A DNA stretch of 64,000 nucleotides from Candidatus Omnitrophota bacterium (lineage in GTDB: Bacteria; Omnitrophota; Gorgyraeia; VGKH01; JBHPFN01): assembly GCA_042571725.1 (NCBI GenBank), contig JBHPFN010000005.1, forward strand, positions 1,196 through 65,195, written 5' to 3'. Position 1 is the first letter of the stretch; the number at the start of each line of letters is the position of its first letter. This document shows positions 15,001 through 27,000 of the stretch, piece after piece. The notes under the pieces are model-generated. The model worked only from the letters and a program-made list of their open reading frames with translations, did no database searches and had not been told where the DNA came from. Made by a program: the position numbers and the translations under genes.

Positions 15001-18000
15001 TGACGGTATTTATGCGGGACATCCGAGGATGCGAGCAATCCTTGAGAGAATTAAACATAGATACGAAACTGAACATTATTCTCCGATGCGAGATGCATTG
15101 ATGAAAATGAAGTCTAGCAACGGGGCACCGTTTAAACCTCGCTTCGAATACAAGTCTGTGTTGCTCGTTTGTGAACCTAGAATCGGGATTCTGCAGCATT
15201 TGTTCGGATGGCTTTTACCTCATATCGATGATGCCAGGCTTGTACGCAGGATCGTAAGAAAAAGAGGTTCTACCGCATTTAATACTATGGATATATGGTT
15301 TGATCCTGATCCTTTTGCAGGAATTTTAGTCATTGAGAAAAAGGACGTGGAACCCCACAGAAAGTATGCAGACATAGTAGTTAATACTCTGGTCAAGAGA
15401 GAGATCCCTCGTCAGAAAGAAAAGCTCTGGCCAGAGCTTGATGAAGCAGAGCGTGATTTCGCAGTGGAGCTTACACTAAGAGGATACTTTCCGCACGCGC
15501 AAGACATACGCGATGCGATTGACCGGCTGCGCATGAAAGCCGAATCCCGCGGCTGGCATGACGATTTGCGCATCTGGCTTATTGGCATACGCAATAAATT
15601 CACACGCGTAAAGGTCTTTGGCGTCGTTATGCTTGCCACCCTCCTTTTTGCTACCCCCGCCATTGCCGATGACGCAACAACTACCTTCAACTTGAAACCT
15701 TTCATAGGGATTTTGATGGCCGCAGGAACTATCGTTTTGATGCTAATCCCGAGATACCAAAGTATAATAAGATCTTTCGACAGAGGTTGGCGAGCTACAC
15801 GATTAATCAGCGAATTTCGTGCCTGCAGGCTTCACATAGTAAAAGATAGCTCAGGCGGCATAGAAGTAGTTGATGACGCAGGAATGCCACGATTTATCTC
15901 TGCGGTTGAGCTACTTGTGGAAATGAAACATGCTGGAAGATTTGAGGTTTTAACTAAGCTGCGTGTTTTCTGTAACGTATTAGATGAGTATCCTGCAGGA
16001 AGCCTTCCGCATCAATGGCATACCAGACTCTCAAATGCAATAGCAGCTATTGAGGAGGATATTGTATCTGAATCTATACTTCCTGGCTCAACAGATGGTG
16101 GCGAGGCAGGCTCTAAGGGCTCACCAGCAAACTTCCTTATGCCGTTTATTGTAATTGTCAGTAGCCTGTTGTTTGTCACCCCCGTCTTTGCAGAGACCGG
16201 CATAGAGAAACTCTACCATTCAATCATAGCTCAACTTTCAACATTTATTTCTTATCATGCTGATGCCCATTTCTGGTTATCAGTGCTTACATGGACTGGA
16301 ATGCTTACAGCGAGCACTATACTATTGGCAATATTGATGGGCATCGCAAGAGGTCTAGAAGAATGCACTGGGATTACGGTATTCAAATATCAAATGGAAG
16401 GATTGGGAAGTGATCCTGGTATTATTGGTACCATGTGGAGTGGTTTGTGGTTTTTAGGATTTTGGGCACTTATTATATTGAAGGAAGACAACGAAACTTT
16501 ATTTCATTGGTGTATTGCGCTTCCATTCTTTACGGTTATAGCTGGCGGCGGTATTGTGTTTCTGATAGCAGCAGGAACATGTGTTTTTATTGGCTTTGCA
16601 TTTATGATAGTTGCGAGCCTGCCGTGTTCTTTAACGGTAATCATGTATCGCGTAGGACGCAAGATTATATCTTTTGTTGTGGATGATTTTATTCCATTTG
16701 TTGAGGACGACTTAATTCCAATATTTTTAATCATAGGTAACGGAATATTCGTTCTTGCCTTGCGAATATTCGTTCCTTCGGCTTGGCGTCAAAAGAGAGC
16801 TGAAAAAGCCATTGCGCAAATTAAGAAGTTTGATAAGAACTGGATTGTAGTTTATGGTGATTCCAAAGATGGGTTCTCGGTAATGAGTGAGGGAGGAGCG
16901 CCAAGATTCGTCCACGAGGCAGAAATTCTTGCAAAATTCAGGCATCCTGGAAGATTTGATGTGTTACCGAAATTGCGAACGGTGCTTGCGGTACTGCCGC
17001 CTGAGGTAAGAAATACCGGGACAAGGCAGGAAGCTGGTATTAATCCTTTGGGAACGAAAGTGTATAGCGTGCATACCAGGCTTTCTAGGGCAATAGCTAC
17101 TATTGAGGCTGATTCAGATTCGGCAGATTCTAGAGCAGCCCTTTTTGGAGCTCCTCAAGGCGAATTGAATTTAGTAGAGTTAGGCTTATTGTCTCCTGAA
17201 CACAGGGCAGCAGGTGGCATATCCGGTGAGGGTAGACATAGAATCCCTAAGCATCTCGCGCAACGCATCCTTCCTATCCTTCAAGCTTACCTTAGAACCC
17301 CCCGGACCTCAGAAGACCTACCTCAACTTAAACAGGAAATTAGAGAAATATTGCTTAGCTACTGGACCATGGTTGAAGGAAAGAAGCTTCCGCAGACCAT
17401 GCTAGGCATTTGCAACCTACCTGAAGTTGGTCCGGTATTAGCAGAATTTGATACCTTAAAAGCCTTTGTCACGGATAAATTCTATCCTAGATCAGTTATT
17501 GTTGAATTTACTTCTATCGGCATCTGTGCCAGCGATAAGGAAAATATAGTGAATCCTTTTGGTGTTGACCATCCCATGGCTGGTGTGCCTTTAGGCCACG
17601 AAGCAGGAGGTATTGTTGTAGGTGTTGGTCCGGGAGCGGATAAGTCTTTATTAGGAAAATATGTAGCCTTAGAATCGCACACTCCTCACAATTGGAGCAG
17701 ACCATGGCATAGATCTAAAACATACGGGATTATCGGGTATGACCCGCTGGGAGGACCAAAGGTAGCAGGCACCTGGAGACAGTTTGGCTGTTTCCCTGAA
17801 GCAAATGTCTATGTGGTTTCGGATGAACTGAGAAGTAATTTAAGCGACAGGTTGTCTCTGCTTGAGCCCAATGGCAATGCGGTATATACCGTGCTTGAGA
17901 CCGCCAATCTCCTTAAGGAAAAAAGGATTGATCCTCAAGGCGCTCACGGTATTATCGTCGGATTAGGCCCTCAGGGACGGATGATGCTGTATATGGCTCA

Positions 18001-21000
18001 GCTTATGGGCATAAATGTAATCGGCGCTGATAAGTTCGAGGCAAGTGTGAGAAAGTGCATCGACGCCGGTATCGGGGATGAGAAAACAGTATTGAGTACA
18101 GAAAAGCCTGGCTGGCAAGATAGAATTCAAGAAGTCTTTGGCGAGGACAAAAAAGCTCAGTTTATACTCGATGCCTGTGGAGCCACAGGGGTAATTAAGG
18201 ATATGGAAGGACTTCTTGAAAATAATGGTTTGTTCCTCTTGTTTGGCTTGATGGATAAAGAGCAGGGAATTCCTGATACTAGTAAGTCACTAGGCGAGTT
18301 TGTCTTGAAGCAACATAAGAAGCTTCGTGCTCGCGTTAAAGGAAGAACTATTGATATCATCGGCCTTTGCGGTAGATCGGATGAATCGTGGCACTGGGTT
18401 GTAGAGGAGCTGAGGAAAACGGATAGTAAGTTTGCAGAACTTTTACTTTCCGGAGTGTATGATTTAGGCTCTATTGAAGGGTTTGTGAGAACGCTCTTTG
18501 CATACAATGATTACAGTAGGGATGCTTTTGAGTCTCTATTTGGAAAAGGCAAGATTACTATGCTTCCATTCTCCGCAGCGTTAGTCGAGGCCTTCCGGAA
18601 TAACGATGCGAATGAGGTTGCTAAAATAGTATTCCCTCAAGAAATTCCTTTCAGTAGAAGATTTGACATTGTGGATGTGCAAGACCAATTCCCTCGAGCC
18701 CCTGTGCTTAGAGTTTTCGCTCCTATAGAAAAAGCCGATAGCAAAATAGGTGTAGCGAGTTCGCTGTTGGGAGCGATATCAACATTTACATCTTTATTCG
18801 GTTTTGGTATGCCGCTGGGTGTAGCAGCAGATGCAGGGGGCAGGAATATCGAAGTATCCGCAGAGCTTGCGATTAGCCGTTATAAAGCACTGCTCGAAGG
18901 TCAGGCTGGAGAGGTTCTTTTAGAAGCAAAGCTCAGATTGTTTTACCAAACGTGGCGCGGTGTTGGCCTTACACCTCCTGCAGGGATACGCTATGTCTTC
19001 TGGGCACTGTTAGGAGATAGAAATCATCCTATGGCAGAGATGGTATTGCGGCATCATCCTCATTTTGATTCGTTGTCAGTAAGAGAAAAATGCGATGCGA
19101 TCGATGCATTAGTAGCCGCAGAACAATTGAACTACGGTTCAATAGAAGAAATTAGACTTCTAAGTTTGGTTATCAGAGGCTTTGCTGCTGATGCGGCCGA
19201 AGGAGAAGTAGCGAACTTTGTTTCAATCGGTTTTGGCAGCATGCTTCCTTTAGGCAAGATTTTTGGATTGATTGCATTCTTGCTTCTTGCACTAACCCCG
19301 ATCGCACAAGCTGATTCCTTGCCGGAAAACAATATCGCCACACAACAAACTAGCACTGATACAAGCGCAACATCTACTCGATCATACACGCGGGTTATCC
19401 ATCCACAGTCAGATCAAGAATATTATTTCTATGAAATACGCAATAAGATAGAACAGAAAGTAGCAGAGGCATACGAGGCGCGTAGGACAAGAGCGTATTG
19501 GGAGAATGTAGAATTAGCAGCTTTGCTTTGGATTGAGCATGTAATCAAGCAGAGAGAATTAGATAATATACTGGTAAGCCTTGTGGATGCGCGTGTACTC
19601 ACCGAAGAATTTTTAGCCTCCCCGGATGCAGAGCGTATTTTGTCTAAACAAGAAGAATTTTTAAGAAGTCGAGAAGCATACGTGGCTATGGAGAGGGCAG
19701 GAGACGTTGACAGCCTCGCACAGAGACGGTTATCCAGAACCGTCCGTCTCAGAGTTCATGATTCTACCGTAGTGAAGCCGCAGGAAATCGATAGCTTAGC
19801 AGCGGTAGCCGATAGTATTCTTGATACGTATCTGGCTGCTACCTGGGTATATCTCGAAGCAGGCGATCCTGAGAAGAAAAAGCAAGAGTTTCTTGCTGAG
19901 CTAATATCCTCAGCGTGTGAATTTTACGGTCGGCCTCTGCCGCCGGCAGATAAAGGATACACACCCGTTGAGCGGATTAAGACTCAAGAAGTAGACGATA
20001 AAAATGATGCTCAACAACCAGAGCCGCAGCCTCGCAACAATCCGCCAATTCCCCCTAAATCCGGCATGGTAGGTTTGTTGTTTGGTAGAATGCTGTCTTC
20101 CTTGCGGCGTAGAAAAAGAGTTTCTAAGCGCGACAGTCAAGTAGCTGAGCCTAAGCAGGTCGCTAAAGGAGCACCACATTTTATTTTAGCCAAAAAGGAA
20201 GCGCTTCCGTCGGGAAGCAGCATTTTTAATCTGAAAGTTGCAATAAGTTTATTGACTTTAGGAATAACAGGACTATTATATAAATTAGGGCTGCTGTGGT
20301 ATGATCTTACGCAGATCATAACTTCGATTACCTCTTCCGTGGCTGGTGGGGTTGAAGTTATTATGACCACAGCAGCCCTATTTGTTTTGCCTATCGCATC
20401 TGAGGTTTCTGACCTCTTCCGTGCCTGCCTGCCGGCAGGCAGGGCTGGTGGGGTTAAAATCACTATAGTTGCAGCGGCCCTCTATTCTTTCTTAATACCT
20501 CTAATAGGGACGTTTCTGACTGCAATCGGAAAACTGTCCCTCGCGGGGACACACTTAGCTTTGATGTCAGAAACGTCCCTAAGAGAGGTAGTAACCTTTT
20601 CTTTCCTCACCCCTGGCCTTGTCTTAGGGGTTTCCGCAGGAAACGATATTTCCGCAAACCATTCAATGGTAACAGTCACTTCACTTTCCGAATTAAGGGA
20701 ACTGTTTGTATCAGGCCGCATCGGTAGACCCGAATGGAAAAGGCTGCTTGATCGCAATCCCCACGGCAAGGAAATTGTGGCAGGGATTCTTGTTGAACTC
20801 ACCAGAAGAGTTACCAAAAAAGAAGATGAACCGTTAGAATTCGCTGACTTTATGCAACTGCGTGACCCTCATTTTAGAGATGCATGGGTAGGCGGACACA
20901 ACCTTTCCGGTTTGCGAGGGGTATTCGACAAAAAATCAGCCGGCAGCGGCAAACCATCGATCGTATTCGGGCTTGAATACACCGGTCTTATAGCGGCGCA

Positions 21001-24000
21001 AAAATCCGCAAAAGATATCTCCAGGCTTGATCAGCTGACTGATCTATTAGCCCGCGGTGTCTACAAGCAGGTTCCCTGGCACATATTATTAGAAGAAAAT
21101 CTTCAACATGGCAAGAGTATCACTGTTCAGATTATCCGCCGTATCGCCTTAGAGGATAACTTAAGAGATCTGGTTATGTTAGATGAAAAAACACACCTTA
21201 GAAAAAAACCAAGAGGTTTCTTAAACGGAGAAACCGCAATTGGTCTTCATAGATACTATCGTAGGCACCATCCCAAGAGAAAAGAAAACGCAGGCAAGAA
21301 GGTAACTCTATTTATGTTAGAAGATCTTGAATTGATCCAATGGATGCCGTCTTTGCGGCAGATCACCTGTTTTGATCAATTGAATAAACTCTTAGCCACC
21401 GGCAGGCTCCAGCAGATTAGCTGGGAAGAGTTGCTGGAGCACAATCCTCACGGTAAAAGGATCATCAGCGAGATAATCGGATTAATTCCCGGTGTCACCA
21501 TTACTGAAACCAAAGAAGTAGTAGGATTAAGCCGTCAGGGCGTAAACGAGCATCTAGACCTATTGGGTAATGAAGCAATCGGTGGTCTGTACGAATATTT
21601 CCAGAGAAAATTCGCGGATAGAGACACTTCTTCCAGGACAGAAGCGCTCATCTTGGGTGCTGTGGCATTTATTCCTACCGTAGCACTTTTGGAAGAAAAT
21701 GCCTGGGATGTTTCAAAGACTGCTCAAGGTTTAGGTATGGATAGAAAGACATTGCGCAATAGGCTTGCACGCTTCGGTTTTGATTCCAAAGAAGAAAGAA
21801 GAAGATTCAGGCAGCAGGTATTAGAACAGGAAAGACCTAGATTGCTAGAAGCGCTTGAGATGGCTGGTTGGAACGCAAGGGCTGCAGCTGAAAGTTTAAG
21901 TATCACCAGAGATGATCTGCGGGAAAAACTGAGGAAGTTAGGTATCGATACAACCCAAGGAAGAGAGGAATATAAAAAGCGTGAGTTGATCAGAAGAAAG
22001 CCGGAGATACTTGCGGTTGTTACAGCCTATCGTTGGAAAATAAGGCCCAGCGCAGGAGCATTGCGAATGGGACGCGTGCGGCTAAGAGAGATCCTCACTG
22101 AGGTCTACGGTTATGACATTGAGGCAGAAAAGGCAAAGATACAAACAGCCTTTACACAGATTAGAAAGGTTATTGCCCGTCTGTATCGAAGCGATTACCG
22201 AAACGGAGCAGTGCTTGATCTGCGCGGTGTATCTGCTGAGACAGAGATTATTTTAGTCGGTGATTTGCACACCCAGCTACACAACCTCGAGGCGATTTTA
22301 GCACATAGAAAGGTACGTACTGTCGGCGGCGTTGAAGAGCTCGATGTTGAGAATATCGAAAAGATACGCGCTAAGAAGGCGGCCCTGGTCATCTTAGGTG
22401 ATGCCGTCAACGCTGATCCTGCAGGCTGTGAGATCGCGAATAATGATGAATCAGAATTTCTTGAGCTTGCCAAAGAAACAGAGCCTTCAGTCAAGATGAT
22501 GCACTTCATCTTTGATTTAATCATTGAGAATCCGGATAATGTTTTCTATGTATTAGGAAACCATGATTATCTGACATATACTCATTACCGTTCAACGCAC
22601 CACAGACAAAGGATATTCCAGGGTATTGCATATCGAGAAAAGCTTACGGAGTTATTCGGAGAAGAGTATGTCATGCTCTATGAGAGGTTTATCAGCGTAA
22701 GTCCTATACTTTTGGTGGCTGATGGATTAGTTGCAACACACGGCGGACCTGTGGTTTCTGCCCGTTCATTAAAAGCGATTGAGCACGTGCCTACAGATGA
22801 TGAAACTCATTCTTTCGTTGCTGAGGCCATATGGGGACGCTATGATACGCAAGGAATAATGTCGCATGGATACAGAGGACCTCAGGTAGTAGAATTCTTA
22901 AGCAACGTTATCGGCCAACCTGATGCGCTGTTTGTGGTAGCGCACTCGCCTCGTCTGATATATCCGGGAGAATTCTGGGCACAGCTTTTCTCCTGCCACT
23001 ATGTGATCTTTGCAGGCAGAAAGCAGAGCGGCTATGCATCATTTGCAAACAATGAGATTGAATTTGTCCCGGTTACCGCACCTGATAGAAGTGGTAGCGT
23101 TACTCCGAGCGCTTCGATGTTCACCGCATTCGATATAGGGATTGCAGCGCTACTCTTTGGCATTGCCTCGGGGGCTGCGAGCGTTATTAAATATCTTTCC
23201 CAAAGAAAACTCCGCGCATACATCAAGAAAAGACTTTCCTTATTAGAAGATTATCCCGCGCCTTTATCCGAACAAGGAAAAGCTGCGGTCGCAAGAATCA
23301 CACGCGATATACAGCTCGGACGCATCTGGTTTATTTCCAAGCGTCAATTAGCCAGACATCAGCTCGTGCTTAGCGATCCTCCCTTTAGCTGGTTCGAGAA
23401 ATATTTCACAGATTTTGATGCAATCGAAGCAATGCGAGTAGCACACCGCAGGGCAGAGTTGGTAAAAGTAGCGGTGACAGAAGGATGTTCTGTGCAATGC
23501 GATTATTGCTCAGCTGATCCTGGGCCGCCTGATTCTATGCCAGATCCGTGGGTAGCTGAAATAATGGATGCATTGGCAGAATATAAAGCGGAGCTTGAGA
23601 ATAGTGTGCGGGAGAGAATGAGGCGAGCAGACTTTTCCGTTGAGCAAAACTATTTTGCCTTTATCTTCGGCTGGCACGACAATAATCCTGTGGTAGATCG
23701 CCACGATCCCCTTTACGATACGGATTACGCTGATATATGTGAGCGTCTCATAGAAACACTGGGTCAAGAGGTGTTTAATCTATCAACCTCAGGCTGGGAG
23801 ATGGGTTCTATCGGCGAGAAGGTAATACGGAAGTTAGGAAAACTAAGCAAGAAATACGGGATTAGAGTTTCTATGCTTTTTCATATTAATACCGAAAGCG
23901 GCTTATTTAATCGGCTTGGCCCTGAAGAATATACTCGTCAGATGACCGCTGCGTTTAATCTGGCAGCTGAGATGTTTGGGGTATCCAAGATTTCCTTTGC

Positions 24001-27000
24001 CTACGGTTCTTCAACCAATGCACACAATACACACTTGATAGAAGCGATTACGAATGGCCAGTTCATGCATGAGACTGAGCCGGGGTCTAATACTCTCTAC
24101 GTGGAAACACGAGGAGAGCGCATTCCTTGTCATTTCTTTGAGCCATGGCGCGCAGAGGGAAGGGCTGCCGATCTTCCTAAGCCATTCGGGTTTGATTCTT
24201 CTGAGGATAGACCTGCTGCACAACGTATTCAGTTCACCATAGATAGAAAGTTAGTCTTAGTGAAGGAATTCAGCCGGCAAGGGACATACACAATAAAACG
24301 AGAGGTGCTGTTGCCAAAGCCGTCTGCAGAGGCTTCGATGTTTAGTGCAGCGGGGATTGGAATGGTGCCTCCTGAAAAACTTATGCGAGACATAACCACC
24401 TTCCTTGATTCTAAAAAAGCACTGCTCCATAGCCTGTTAGGAAAGTCTTTTCCTGGAGTCCTCGGCCCTTGCAAGATATCTTCGGTAGCACTTATCAAGA
24501 TTCTCTCGAAGAAATTTAATCTCCCGGTTGCCGGCGACAGCCCTCTTAGATTAGAAGCAGTAACTGGCATATTCATCGACAAGACACACTTACAAGAGAA
24601 AGAAGGTATCTGGTGGCATGTATGGGTAACGCTTATTGTGGATAATAAAGAAGTATTGTTTATTGATGGTGCCAGTCTTCAAAAGAGAGATGCTATTATT
24701 GTGATGCCCTATGATGAAGCATTACGTAGGTTTTCCTTATCAGAAGTAGATGATGCTCTTATTGAACAATTAATTGGCATGACCGCTTCTCGGCATCATG
24801 ATCTGCTTGGCCGTATCTTTAGAGGTGAATCGATAAGCGATCGAGAAAGACCTCAGCTTAACACAGTTCCTTATGATAGCTTGAAAGAGTTAATGATATT
24901 ACGAGATAGAAATAGAAGAGTTCGCGCAGGAGAATTATATTTTGAAGGGACGCAGGCCGGAGAAAAGATTGTCCGTTTAGTTGAAGCGGTATTGAAGGAT
25001 TCCTTTGAAGAAGAGAGCGTTGGATCCCAAAACTCCGCTCGTGTTGCGGCAGATGCAGGAACTCCTGATGCGGATACAAGTCAGGCAGATGCAGCGATGT
25101 TTACCGCTGGTGGGTTTGGGATGGAGACAGTCCTTTCATCGCTTCAATCGTTGCTGTCAGGGGCATTGAATATGTTTGTGCTTGGCATCTCGACTTCTGA
25201 GAGTAGGGAGCAAGGAGATGGCGACGGGATTGCCATGAGCAAGATAAGTGCATCTGAAGTTGCTGTTTACAGCGAGTTATTAAAACGCTTAATATATCAA
25301 TATCTGGTTGAAAGTCCAGCCTCAAATTTTGCTACTCTTCCAGAAGCGCAGCGCACTCCAATAATAAAGGCTACTCTTTTGAGTATACAGTCTACACTCG
25401 CAGACGGAAGGGGCGAACTAATATTATGTCGATCTCTTCGTAATCCATTCCAGGGAGGGATGATTTACTACTACTGGAGAGAGAGCGACGCGATGATGGT
25501 AGTTCAAATATTTGTCGTAAACGATAGGTTCAAAAGCTTTGGTTTAAGGCCGATACTTTTAGGATCAGCAATAGCGCAAGCACGCAGCAGACAACTTAAT
25601 CTTTTTATGGTTATCGATGAAAGCGATACGTCTTTGAGGACGATTGTTGAAGAAGCCGAGTTCGTGCAAGATAATAGTTATGAGGGAGTCGGGCTCCTAC
25701 ATAGAAGAGGTGAGCAAAATATTTATGTCTTAAGGGCGGCTCATGGCGCTGAAGCAACACGCCCAGCAGCCCAGCCGCAAGCAGAATTACCAGAAGCAGA
25801 AGGTTCTGAAGGCAGGATAGTATCTTTTGCAGGCAAGGCATTTGCTGACTATGTGCTTGGATCCGACCAAGCGCAGAGTAGACAACAACTTATGGAGTTG
25901 ATGCGCCACTGGCTGATTGAGACCGGACAGGTTGCGCCTGATCAGCCCGAGGTTTTAACACAAGAGGCCAACGGACAGCTGATAAAAATGTTAAGTACGG
26001 TCAGCGGACTTAGGGCTGGATGGGTAATGCTTTACTTTGATTCCAATCAGCAGGTTTGCGGCCTGGCGTATTATCGCCTGTACGATATCGAAGATCCGGA
26101 GATGTCAATTAAGGTTGAAGTAGTAGTTGCGCTTCCGGGAAGTGAGGATCAAGTTATACGAAGACGTCTTTTAGTGCAGATTGTTCAAGAGACGCGAAGA
26201 CATACTCTGGATGTGTTTATGCTGGTTGAGCCCGGCCACAATCAATTAGCGCAAGATTTAAGGGAAGCCGGATTCGAACATAATGATGCCCTTGTAAGAG
26301 TTGACCCTGATGAGCGCGGGCTAAGCGATGTGTATGTATTGGAAAAAACCCAGGCTGCTACAGCTCAGAGCCTAGCCGTAGCACCGACCCCTGAAAGCGA
26401 GAGAGTGTCGCACCAACCTTCCCAGGATGCCGGTAGGGCAGGGATACATATATTCTCAGCAGCTGATTTACAGCCTACAACGGCTGGAGGCGTACGACAA
26501 CTTTCATTATTAAAACAATTGATACGCGAATATTTCATTGATACCCCTCGTGTGCCATACTCGGCCGATTCACCTCAGCTTAATGAATCTTGTGCTTATC
26601 GACTGACAAAGATGCGAGACGAACTAGGGGATGGGACCGGTGTGGTTATACTCTATCGTGATCCCCGCCAGCATAATCTCGCAGGGTATGTCTTCTACTC
26701 CTTTAGGCCCTCTACTACTCCCGGAGAAAGCGCGGTCACTATCGATTTATGGGTCAACAAAGAGATGGACGAAGATTCAAGAAGGCGCATCATCAAGACC
26801 CTTCTTACCGTAGCTATGGAGACCGCAGGAAATATGAGTGGGAAATACTTTATAATAAGTATTTCTCCTGATGATGCAGCTCAACAGCAAATCGTAGTAG
26901 GTTTGGGGTTTGCGCCAGTTGAGAGAATTTATATAGAGGGGAATATTCTGGATTCAATTATGTACGAGAAAGAAATTGACCCGTCATCCGCAGCACCGAC

